Source: Rhodospirillales bacterium
Lineage (GTDB): Bacteria > Pseudomonadota > Alphaproteobacteria > Rhodospirillales > GLO-3
Length of the DNA: 64,000 nucleotides
Assembly (NCBI GenBank): GCA_003354135.1
Contig: PIVK01000006.1
Location: 7,743 to 71,742, forward strand
Direction of reading: 5' to 3'
The notes beneath the pieces are model-generated. The model ran no database searches and had not been told where the DNA came from. It worked only from the letters and a program-made list of their open reading frames with translations. The position numbers were made by a program, and so were the translations under genes. Position 1 is the first letter of the stretch; the number at the start of each line of letters is the position of its first letter. Positions 23,395 through 31,082 of this stretch are shown piece by piece.

Positions 23395-23406
23395 GGGGGG
23401 GGGGGG
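23395..23406 (+). repeat. G12 homopolymer in the nikR leader
   Basis: Twelve consecutive G ending 10 nt before the nikR ATG (23417). Confidence 0.95.
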
Positions 23407-23416
23407 ACGCCATACC

Positions 23417-23893
23417 ATGGAACGCATCACTATCAGCGTCGACGACGATCTGCTGGCGCAGTTCGATTCGTTTATGGAACGCAACGGCTACGGCAACCGG
23501 TCGGAAGCCTTCCGTGACCTGCTGCGCGAGAAGTTGGAGAGCGAGCGCCTGGAGACGGACGAAACGGGCCAGTGCGTGGGCTGCCTAACATATATATACG
23601 ACCATGCGTCGCGGGAGCTTGCGAGCCGAATCACCCATACCCAGCATGCCCACCACGACCTCGGCGTCTCGACCCTGCATGTCCACCTAAGCCACGAAGA
23701 CTGCCTGGAGACGGTGATCCTGCGCGGCGAGATCAAACGGGTAAAGAGCTTCGCCAACGCCGTCGTCTCGCAGCCCGGGGTGCGGCATGGCAATCTACAC
23801 TTGGTGCCGACCGAGGTGGAGGTCGGACGCCATCGTCACGGGACAAACGGGCCGGGTTCGACGGCTCACGTCCACAGTCGCCCCAAGACCTGA
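23417..23893 (+). CDS. nikR: nickel-responsive transcriptional regulator NikR
   Basis: MERITISVDDDLLAQFD (RHH domain) and a C-terminal metal-binding region HTQHAHHD...HVHLSHEDCLE. Confidence 0.85.
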   Translation: MERITISVDDDLLAQFDSFMERNGYGNRSEAFRDLLREKLESERLETDETGQCVGCLTYIYDHASRELASRITHTQHAHHDLGVSTLHVHLSHEDCLETVILRGEIKRVKSFANAVVSQPGVRHGNLHLVPTEVEVGRHRHGTNGPGSTAHVHSRPKT

Positions 23894-23907
23894 GCCCAGA
23901 GAACATC

Positions 23908-24564
23908 ATGTCCGACAACCAAACCCTCGCCATCGGTTCCTATGAGATCACCGTCGTGATCACCAGCCCGCCCTGGTACGAGAACTGCTGCCTGGTCCGC
24001 CACATGGACAGCGGCGACCTGGTCATCGTCGATCCTGGCGGGGACGCGGAACGGATCGCCGCAGCGGCAACGGACAGCGGCGGTACGCTCAGGGAGATCT
24101 GGTTCACCCACGGCCATCCGGACCACATTGGCGGCGCCAAGGCGCTCCAGGACAGGTTCGGCGTCTCTTGCCGCGCCCACGAGGCCGAAGCCCCGGTGAT
24201 AGAAAACGCTCCGGATTTCGCTTCGGCCCTCGGCAACGTCTCGCTCGACCTCCCGGAAGACCTGTCCTTCTTCTCCGGCGAGCCGATGATCGAAGCGGAA
24301 CAGGTGCGCTGCAAAGTCCTGCACACACCCGGGCATACGCCCGGCGGGGTCTGTTTCCTGTTCGACGGTTTCGCATTAACCGGTGATACGCTCTTCAACC
24401 ACGGGATCGGGCGCACCGATTTCCCGGGCGGCGACGGACATACGCTTTCCGTGTCCATCACCCGCCTTCTGGAGACGGTACCGGAGGAGACGGTTCTGTT
24501 CTCCGGCCACGGCTCCCCCTGGCAAGCGGGGGAGGCAAAACACTGGTGGGAATGGATGGTCTGA
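23908..24564 (+). CDS. MBL-fold metallo-hydrolase (glyoxalase II-like)
   Basis: THGHPDHIGG motif, a later HTPGHTPG and GDTLF. Confidence 0.85.
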   Translation: MSDNQTLAIGSYEITVVITSPPWYENCCLVRHMDSGDLVIVDPGGDAERIAAAATDSGGTLREIWFTHGHPDHIGGAKALQDRFGVSCRAHEAEAPVIENAPDFASALGNVSLDLPEDLSFFSGEPMIEAEQVRCKVLHTPGHTPGGVCFLFDGFALTGDTLFNHGIGRTDFPGGDGHTLSVSITRLLETVPEETVLFSGHGSPWQAGEAKHWWEWMV

Positions 24565-24602
24565 ACTTTGACATTTCCGGCGCGACCTCCTATGTGCGTA
24601 AC

Positions 24603-24655
24603 CTAGTGGTCCAAATCAGACATACGGGTGCCATATGTCTGATTTGGACCACTAG
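24603..24655. repeat. perfect 22-bp inverted repeat (hairpin with 9-nt loop); possible terminator or protein-binding palindrome
   Basis: ctagtggtccaaatcagacata-cgggtgcca-tatgtctgatttggaccactag, 39 nt after the MBL hydrolase stop. No clear U-tract follows. Confidence 0.8.
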
Positions 24656-24678
24656 CCCTTTAGATTGTTGAGGCTCCC

Positions 24679-25047
24679 ATGACAAAGTCTTCCGTTCCCA
24701 CACCACCCGCCACCAAGACCAATCTTCCTGCGACGGAGAAAGACGTTTCCAATACCGAGATTTTGAACGTCCTGATGGACCTCATGAGTAACATTCAGGA
24801 AGTTGTCCGCGAAACTCTGGACCAAAAGCTGCCCGCCCAGCAGACGGCCCCGGTTCTTGCGCGTCCCCTGCCGTTTCCCGACAGCATAGGTAAGGAACTG
24901 GCGGCCTTGAGGTTGGATGTGAATGCTGCGCGTGAAGCACTGACCGCCAGTACGGACGGCGACGTCCGCGAAGCGGTGGAACGGGCCGCGGAGCGGCTGG
25001 GCCGTCTCCTGGGGGACAAGCCAAAGAAATCGGGAGAATCCACCTGA
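24679..25047 (+). CDS. hypothetical protein (122 aa)
   Basis: ATG with an upstream GAGG. No recognised domain. May be the frame-shifted N-terminal remnant of the adjacent GGDEF relic. Confidence 0.45.
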   Translation: MTKSSVPTPPATKTNLPATEKDVSNTEILNVLMDLMSNIQEVVRETLDQKLPAQQTAPVLARPLPFPDSIGKELAALRLDVNAAREALTASTDGDVREAVERAAERLGRLLGDKPKKSGEST

Positions 25048-25223
25048 AACGGCGGAGCCACGGTTTGATTTATATCGACCTCGACAACTTCAAGCCGGTC
25101 ACCGACCGCCTGGGCCGCGAAGCCGGGGACAAGCTGCTCTGCGACGTAGCGGCGGCCCTGACGGGAACCATCGGCGCGGAGGACGGAGCCATCCGTCTGG
25201 CCGGCAAAGGCCGGGGCTGTTGA
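25041..25223 (+). pseudogene. internal fragment of a GGDEF diguanylate cyclase (relic)
   Basis: The frame reads HLKRRSHGLIYIDLDNFKPVTDRLGREAGDKLLCDVAAALTGTIGAEDGAIRLAGKGRGC*. It matches the GGDEF core up to where RxGGDEF should be (IDxDxFKxxND..GHxAGD.L), with His replaced by Arg and the GGDEF motif missing. Confidence 0.5.
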
Positions 25224-25678
25224 TGCCGGAAATCTATGTCGATGCCGATGCCTGTCCGGTCAAGGACGAGGTTCTGCGTGTCGCCGCCCGTCACAAGCTG
25301 GTGACCCATCTGGTGAGCGACGGCGGCATCCGGCCCCGGGCCGGCCCTCTCGTCCAGATCGTGGTCGTTGCCCAGGGTGCGGATGCAGCGGACGATTGGA
25401 TCGCCGAGCATATCGGCAAGGGAGATATCGCCGTCACCAACGACATCCCGCTCGCGGCGCGCTGCCTGGAAAAAGGCGCCCGGGCCTTGAAGCCCAACGG
25501 CGACGCCTTCACCGAAGACTCCATCGGCATGGCGCTGGCGACCCGCGACCTGATGGCAGGCCTACGCGAAACCGGCGAAATTACAGGAGGTCCGCGGAGT
25601 TTCACAAAGCGGGACCGCTCCCGTTTCCTCGGCACCCTGGAGGTGACGGTCCAGGCAGCGCTACGGGAAACGTGCTGA
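25223..25678 (+). CDS. yaiI: YaiI/YqxD family protein (UPF0178/DUF188)
   Basis: MPEIYVDADACPVKDE... and VTNDIPLAA, typical of the family. Track start 25220 is TTG. Confidence 0.85.
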   Translation: MPEIYVDADACPVKDEVLRVAARHKLVTHLVSDGGIRPRAGPLVQIVVVAQGADAADDWIAEHIGKGDIAVTNDIPLAARCLEKGARALKPNGDAFTEDSIGMALATRDLMAGLRETGEITGGPRSFTKRDRSRFLGTLEVTVQAALRETC

Positions 25679-25745
25679 TGGGGGTTTGTTTTCGCCGCTG
25701 GGTCGTGCAAAATTAAACGCTGAAAACAAAGAAGGGGATACGCCG

Positions 25746-26534
25746 GTGAGCGTGGCGAACCTCCTGGAAAAGGTGGAAAACCTTGAAGCGCGTTTCGGGC
25801 TGCGGGCGGACGGCCTCGCCTACAGCGACCGTCTGCTGGCGCTCATCGATGCGTTGGAGCAGACGGGCGGCGAGGTGCCGGATGAGACAGCCCCGGAACC
25901 GGCATTGGACCTGGCGGGACAACGGGACCGCCTGGAATCCATGGTGGGCGATGCCGAGCCCGTTGTACCCGAGGGCCGACCCGAGACCGTCGAAGGCGCC
26001 GTAGCGTCGATCGAAACCAAAGTCTACGACCGCCGCGCCACTGATGCCTGGAGCACCGAGGAGAAGATTGACTTCGTCGTCTTCCAGGAGAAGGTGCGCG
26101 GCACCAACATCAACGAGAACACCCTGCTGGCGACAGACTACCTTAACCACTTCAACGAGATCGTCATGACGCTGGAAATGGTGCCTATGATGCCGGAGAT
26201 CCTGGAAGAGGCAAAGGAATGGAAGCCCAAGTCCTACCAGGAGCATTTCCGCGACAGCGGATTCTCCGATAAGGATCTCGCGGTGGAAGCCTATGAGCAT
26301 GTTCCGGGGCGCTTCCTGGGGCCCTTTGAGACGACCATCGCCCAGATGAATGCATTGGTGGAGAGCACCATCACCCGCCTCGAAGCTCAGCTGGCGAATG
26401 CACCCGAACAGCTTGAGGAGACGGCATCAACCAACTCCAAGATCATACAGCGCCTGATCGACGTCGCCTCGGGTATCATCCACGGCGCCGAGAGCACCAT
26501 GGACCAGGGCGAGATCGACTCCTTCATTCTCTAG
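25746..26534 (+). CDS. conserved hypothetical protein
   Basis: GTG 25746 lies 6 nt after GAAGGGGA; the longer track ORF starts at 25686. Acidic, helical, no family recognised. Confidence 0.55.
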   Translation: MSVANLLEKVENLEARFGLRADGLAYSDRLLALIDALEQTGGEVPDETAPEPALDLAGQRDRLESMVGDAEPVVPEGRPETVEGAVASIETKVYDRRATDAWSTEEKIDFVVFQEKVRGTNINENTLLATDYLNHFNEIVMTLEMVPMMPEILEEAKEWKPKSYQEHFRDSGFSDKDLAVEAYEHVPGRFLGPFETTIAQMNALVESTITRLEAQLANAPEQLEETASTNSKIIQRLIDVASGIIHGAESTMDQGEIDSFIL

Positions 26535-27289
26535 GGCGCCTGCAGGACATGAAAAACGTAGCCGTAGACGTCATGGTAACGGCGAAATAGGCTGATCTCG
26601 GTCTCGCTTTCCTCAATGAGGACCTTGAGGTCCTGATCCGCGTCGGGCGCGATTTCCGAGATCAGTCGCTCCATGGGGGTGTAGAATTCAGATTCCCAGA
26701 CCTCCGCTGCCAGGGCCTCCGCATGCAGGAAACGCCATCCGGCAGTTTCGGCGGCAGCGAGGTTCCCGGCAGGGCTTCGCATGCCCGGATAAGCAATTTC
26801 CCAGAATTCCCGGACTTCGCTCGGTACGTCTGCTTGCAACCAGCTGCAATCCGACACGACAGCGACCCCGCCAGGCTTGAGCAGGCGTTTGAACTCGGTG
26901 AGTGCTGCGTCAAATCCGACCGTGTAGACCGCCCCTTCCGACCACACGAGATCGAGACAGTCATCGGCCAAGCCGGTGTCGGTCATGCTTACGCGCAACG
27001 TTTCGACCCGATCGCCCAACCCCCGTTCCGCAGCGGTGTCCCGGAAGGCATTCAGGAAAGGCTGGTGGAGATCAATGCCCGTTACCCGTGCCCCTTTCTC
27101 CGCCAACACCAGTCCAACGGCTCCGCAGCCGCAGCCCATGTCAGCGGTACTCGGGTTCTCGGGCAATTGGGGGCGGATGTGCCCATACAGTGCCGCCGTC
27201 ACCTCCGCCGATCCCGGCCCCTGACGGGGCATAGCTTCGAAGAAGGTGAAGACGGCGGGGGAAATATCGTCCGTTAGGTCGTCGCTCAT
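26531..27289 (-). CDS. class I SAM-dependent methyltransferase
   Basis: ATG 27289 follows AGGAGG. Motif I ADMGCGCGAVGL. Confidence 0.8.
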   Translation of the reverse strand: MSDDLTDDISPAVFTFFEAMPRQGPGSAEVTAALYGHIRPQLPENPSTADMGCGCGAVGLVLAEKGARVTGIDLHQPFLNAFRDTAAERGLGDRVETLRVSMTDTGLADDCLDLVWSEGAVYTVGFDAALTEFKRLLKPGGVAVVSDCSWLQADVPSEVREFWEIAYPGMRSPAGNLAAAETAGWRFLHAEALAAEVWESEFYTPMERLISEIAPDADQDLKVLIEESETEISLFRRYHDVYGYVFHVLQAP

Positions 27290-27447
27290 GGAGGGCCTCC
27301 TGGTTAAAAGGATGACAGGCAGGCCCATTCCTGGCAACCCGGAACGGGTTGCCTCTCTCACGGTGATCCGCTTGAACTTTCCGCTCTATCATATTGATGT
27401 AGAGGACGACTCACGAAACAAGCCGCGTCACAAAGGGACCCAGGAAG

Positions 27448-27510
27448 TGAGGTGGTCCCACATCGTTGAACAGTTTGGCGGCTCAGTTAAGGTGTTGTCT
27501 AATTCCGATT
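27448..27510 (+). repeat. copy B of the dispersed repeat; left direct repeat of the integrase islet
   Basis: tgaggtggtcccacatcgttgaacagtttggcggctcagttaaggtgttgtctaattccgatt. Confidence 0.9.
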
Positions 27511-27550
27511 TCCAGGACCACTTCAGATTCCGGCACATTTCCGCAGAATC

Positions 27551-27583
27551 AAAAAGCCCGCAACCATTTAAGGTTACGGGCTT
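27551..27583 (-). terminator. rho-independent terminator downstream of the tRNA-fMet 3' end
   Basis: On the minus strand: aagcccg-taaccttaaatggtt-gcgggc(tt) hairpin with inner AACC/GGTT pairing, followed by TTTTT. Begins 4 nt after the tRNA CCA end. Confidence 0.6.
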
Positions 27584-27587
27584 AATT

Positions 27588-27632
27588 TGGTTGCGGGGGT
27601 TGGATTTGAACCAACGACCTTCAGGTTATGAA
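27588..27632 (-). pseudogene. orphan 3' half of initiator tRNA-Met (anticodon loop to CCA)
   Basis: The minus strand reads ttCATaa-cctga-aggtc-gttgg-ttcaaat-ccaac-ccccgca-a-cca. This is near-identical in layout to the 3' half of E. coli tRNA-fMet. Sequence 5' of the anticodon loop cannot form the anticodon, D or acceptor stems. Confidence 0.8.
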
Positions 27633-27797
27633 TTAGCTTACATATCCTACGCTGAATTTCCACATATAGGCATACAGATACATATATCATTGTTTTATAT
27701 CAGTTTTTATCCATAAAGCTTAACATGCACTCCTCCGTATTTCCTTGCCAAACGCTCCCTACTGCTTCCACAGATAATTTTAGAAGCGGATTCATTT

Positions 27798-28901
27798 ATG
27801 CCTAAGTTGACCAAACGCACCATCGATGCCGCTCAAGCGGATACTGAGCGGGATTACTTCATTTGGGATGATGAGATGCCCGGCTTTGGTTTGCGTGTGC
27901 TGAGGAGCGGCAAGAAGACCTACCAAATTCAATACAGGCATGGCGGGCGGACGCGGCGCAATTCCATCGGCATGCATGGCACCATCACCCCGGATGAAGC
28001 CCGCAAGCTTGCCAAGGAAAAACTTGGGCGTGTGGCTAAGGGTGACAACCCGGCAGAAGAACGCGCCATTCATCGCGGCGCTTCAACCGTTGCGGACGTA
28101 TGCGAACGGTTCATGAATGAATACGTCCCCATTCATTGCAAGGAAACCACGACAAAGGAATACCGCCACTCGGTTGATATGTTTATCAAGCCCGTCATAG
28201 GCACCCGCAAAGTTCCCGATATCATCCGCACCTATATCGCCAAGCTACACCATGACCTAAGAGACAAACCCTATCAGGCCAACCGGACGCTTGGTGTCAT
28301 ATCCGTAATCTTTAACCAGTGCGAGATTTGGGGCCTACGCCCGGATGGTTCCAACCCCTGTCGCCACGTCAAAAAATACACGGAAAAGAAACGCGAACGC
28401 TTCTTGTCAGAAGAAGAACTCAAACGGCTTTGGGAAACCCTAGACGAATGCGAACGGGACGGAAGCGAAAGCCCCGCCGCATGCAACGCCTCCCACCTCC
28501 TCATCCTTACCGGATGCCGCTTAGGTGAAGTCCAAACGTTGAAATGGGATTACATCAAAGAAGACGGCATCTATCTGCCAGACTCGAAGACCGGGGCAAA
28601 GAAGGTCTATATCGGACAAGCCGTACACGACGCCCTCACCAAGGTCGAACGCACAGAAGACAACCCTTCCGTCATATCTGGCACTGTTGAAGGCCAACAT
28701 CTTAAAGACCGACAACGCCCTTGGCGGCGTATCCGTGGGAAAGCGGAACTCGGCGATCTGCGCATTCATGACCTAAGACATTCGTTTGCATCATTTGGAC
28801 TGGCAAGCGGATTGAGCCTTGCAGAGATTGGTAAACTGCTTGGACATTCTCAGGTGCAGACTACGGCACGGTATGCTCATTTGGCTGAGGAGATCGCCTA
28901 A
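27798..28901 (+). CDS. int: tyrosine-type site-specific integrase (P4-like, DUF4102 arm-binding N-terminus)
   Basis: MPKLTKRTIDAA...YFIWDDEMPGFGLRV (DUF4102), a catalytic region with HDLRHSFAS and LGHSQVQTTARYAH. Confidence 0.92.
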   Translation: MPKLTKRTIDAAQADTERDYFIWDDEMPGFGLRVLRSGKKTYQIQYRHGGRTRRNSIGMHGTITPDEARKLAKEKLGRVAKGDNPAEERAIHRGASTVADVCERFMNEYVPIHCKETTTKEYRHSVDMFIKPVIGTRKVPDIIRTYIAKLHHDLRDKPYQANRTLGVISVIFNQCEIWGLRPDGSNPCRHVKKYTEKKRERFLSEEELKRLWETLDECERDGSESPAACNASHLLILTGCRLGEVQTLKWDYIKEDGIYLPDSKTGAKKVYIGQAVHDALTKVERTEDNPSVISGTVEGQHLKDRQRPWRRIRGKAELGDLRIHDLRHSFASFGLASGLSLAEIGKLLGHSQVQTTARYAHLAEEIA

Positions 28902-29022
28902 AACTCTGCGAATAAAACAACACGCATGATTTCAAGCCTTATACGTTGAAACACAAAGTGTTACGCGCCTTGATTACGAATTAGAAAGACTAACGTGTTA
29001 TGTATCTTAAACAGGACAACAA

Positions 29023-30453
29023 GTGAGCGCTGAGATGGAAATACTAGCCCAAACACTTTGGAAAGAAAAAAAACATACTCAAGCTGTTGAAGTTGGCTTG
29101 GCTCAACCGCCTATTGAGAGCATGCGGTCAGAACATGACTTCACAGCAGTTCTTATGAACTTAATTTATTCCATATATTCTGCTTCTGAACTAAAGCTGT
29201 ATGATGAGTATCTAAAAATATTTGGTAAATACATTGCTATAATTAATAGAAACATTGATATTGAACCACCTAATGGTTACCACAATCACGCCGTCCTTAT
29301 GCAGCATAATTTGATGGCTGTACTTTTTCAGTATTATCGAGAAAATAAAAATGCAGAGGACGTCAAAGAGGCCATTGGTTTAGTTGAATTTTGGACAAAA
29401 ATGGCCCCAGAAAAAAATAAATTCGAAGAACCAAATTCAAAATTATTAAAACTATCAAACCTTATATTTAAATCAAAACATCCGTATTATATCGTTGATT
29501 TTCGACTCCCGCTTTCTCTCCCATTGCCTGATGGAGAATATGAAATCAATACGATTCACGGAGTCAAATGCATAAGCATTGAATCAGCAGAGTATAATGA
29601 CTTAACATCCTCAATTGGAGATAGGCATTTTTCTTTAGTTAAAATAACAGCAACAGGATTTACACATACAGATAATTACTGGAACGGTCCCGCAATAGGT
29701 GTCGTTGACGTCCCCTTCAATATCAACGTATGCCTAAAGGCATTAAATGAAATAATATTTCACGCAAAACTTATTCGTGAAGATTTTCGTTTAAAAACAA
29801 TTACGCATCAAGACATTGGAAGATCTACCACAACCCAATTCAATGGGGATGGTGAAATGTTTCATTTCAGCATGAGCTTAGGAATTGGCGGAGATGCCCT
29901 AGTTGATGTTATCAGCAAACAAATTCTTAATAACAATGAGGTTGAAGAATTAACGGAAAAATTAAAATCAAAAAAACTAACCCTTTCCGAAACTCTTTTC
30001 TCTGAATCTCTTATTGAGGCGTCTAATGAAAACAGAATAAGTGCGTTCTATTTATTGAACTCATCTTGCGAGGCCATGATTCAAAAATATATGTACATTG
30101 CGGCAAAAGAAAATGATAAAGAAAGTGAATATGAATTATTTATGGAAGGAAAATCTTTCTGTTTTTCCTGTGATTTATATAAATCAAAACCAGGCAATAT
30201 CGACCCTCCAAGAATAGTAATGCCTCCGTCTCTATTCACTCAATTGAAATTTCTTAAACAGATTGGGGTTTCAGACAATAGGGAGATAAAAGAAATGAAA
30301 CGTCTTTTATTGCAAGTCAAAAATGATGACCTAAGAAACTCATTGATTCATGGCCGGACGAATCATGTACCCCGTAATGCTATTGCAGAAGCTATTAATG
30401 GGTACAAAGAGTTAAAGGCAATGCTAGAGGCCATTGTTCATAGTCGCGCATAA
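29023..30453 (+). CDS. hypothetical protein with C-terminal HEPN-like RN-x3-H motif (possible Abi/ApeA-like RNase)
   Basis: 476 aa (GTG 29023; alternative ATG 29035). AT-rich codon usage. The only motif recognised is ...VKNDDLRNSLIHGRTNH... about 30 aa from the C-terminus (R-x4-H). Confidence 0.7.
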   Translation: MSAEMEILAQTLWKEKKHTQAVEVGLAQPPIESMRSEHDFTAVLMNLIYSIYSASELKLYDEYLKIFGKYIAIINRNIDIEPPNGYHNHAVLMQHNLMAVLFQYYRENKNAEDVKEAIGLVEFWTKMAPEKNKFEEPNSKLLKLSNLIFKSKHPYYIVDFRLPLSLPLPDGEYEINTIHGVKCISIESAEYNDLTSSIGDRHFSLVKITATGFTHTDNYWNGPAIGVVDVPFNINVCLKALNEIIFHAKLIREDFRLKTITHQDIGRSTTTQFNGDGEMFHFSMSLGIGGDALVDVISKQILNNNEVEELTEKLKSKKLTLSETLFSESLIEASNENRISAFYLLNSSCEAMIQKYMYIAAKENDKESEYELFMEGKSFCFSCDLYKSKPGNIDPPRIVMPPSLFTQLKFLKQIGVSDNREIKEMKRLLLQVKNDDLRNSLIHGRTNHVPRNAIAEAINGYKELKAMLEAIVHSRA

Positions 30454-30548
30454 CCACAAAAATTCTCAATTGCGTAGCTTAGTGCTTACAATAAAGTCAT
30501 TTGATCGTCTTCCAATTGCTTCCCTCCTCTTTGGAGCGCATTGCAACC

Positions 30549-30611
30549 TGAGGTGGTCCCATATCGTTGGACAGTTTGGCGGCTCAGTTAAGGTGTTGTC
30601 TAATTCCGGTT
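30549..30611 (+). repeat. copy C of the dispersed repeat; right direct repeat of the integrase islet
   Basis: tgaggtggtcccatatcgttggacagtttggcggctcagttaaggtgttgtctaattccggtt. Confidence 0.9.
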
Positions 30612-30701
30612 CTGCAGTCAAGCCCACCTCCTCAACGAGCGCAACCAACTTGATCATTTCTTCGGTATCCAAGATTCCCGCCATAGTAGGCTTCTCTTGT
30701 G

Positions 30702-31082
30702 TCATTCCTTCGCAGGAAGAACCCGCAGGTCGTATTTCATGACCATGTCATCGGCGGTCACAAACACCAACCCCTCGCAATTGGCCTGGGAGACCAACAG
30801 GCGGTCGAAAGGGTCCCGGTGGTGGCCGGGCAGGTCTCCCGTACCCTCGGCATGCTCGATCGTGACCGGCAGGCGATCGAAGCCACTATGATCGACGCCT
30901 TCGCCGAACGGTCCCGGTAACGTCAGCTTTCCAAGTCGGACCTTGATCGCACACTCCCAGGCCGACGCCGCGGAGACGTAAACCTGCCGGGCGTTCGTAA
31001 TGCGGTCCGTGGCGACGGGACCGATCCGCCTGCCGCCCCCGCGCCACCAAAGAAACACACGTGTATCGAGCAACAGCCTCAC
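30702..31082 (-). CDS. vapC: type II toxin, PIN-domain ribonuclease VapC
   Basis: GTG start overlapping the antitoxin stop (GTGA). (M)RLLLDTRVFLWW..., acidic PIN residues, and C-terminal HRDPFDRLLVSQA typical of this VapC subgroup. Confidence 0.88.
   Translation of the reverse strand: MRLLLDTRVFLWWRGGGRRIGPVATDRITNARQVYVSAASAWECAIKVRLGKLTLPGPFGEGVDHSGFDRLPVTIEHAEGTGDLPGHHRDPFDRLLVSQANCEGLVFVTADDMVMKYDLRVLPAKE

Larger units (their letters stand above)
27448..30611 (+). mobile_element. integrase islet bounded by 63-bp direct repeats (repeat B ... tRNA-fMet half, int, 476-aa cargo ... repeat C)
   Basis: Direct repeats 27448-27510 and 30549-30611 have 3 mismatches in 63. The interior from about 27.63 to 30.54 kb is visibly AT-richer than the flanks. 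Contains a P4-type tyrosine integrase. Confidence 0.75.

Noticed and set aside
22804-23484. Minus-strand ORFs (226 and 99 aa) in the 358-bp spacer between the EEP gene and nikR.
   Set aside because: They overlap the EEP gene 3' end and the nikR leader. They are Arg/Pro/Ser-rich with no RBS or family resemblance. A 52-codon sub-ORF (MQKIRKTVMLYLWPTGEG...) could not be supported.
27588-27664. A full-length island-borne tRNA-Met on the minus strand.
   Set aside because: Only the 3' 45 nt fold. The 5' region (gtggaaattcagcgtaggatatgtaagctaa) cannot pair with the acceptor 3' strand ccccgca or with the anticodon-stem 3' strand cctga.
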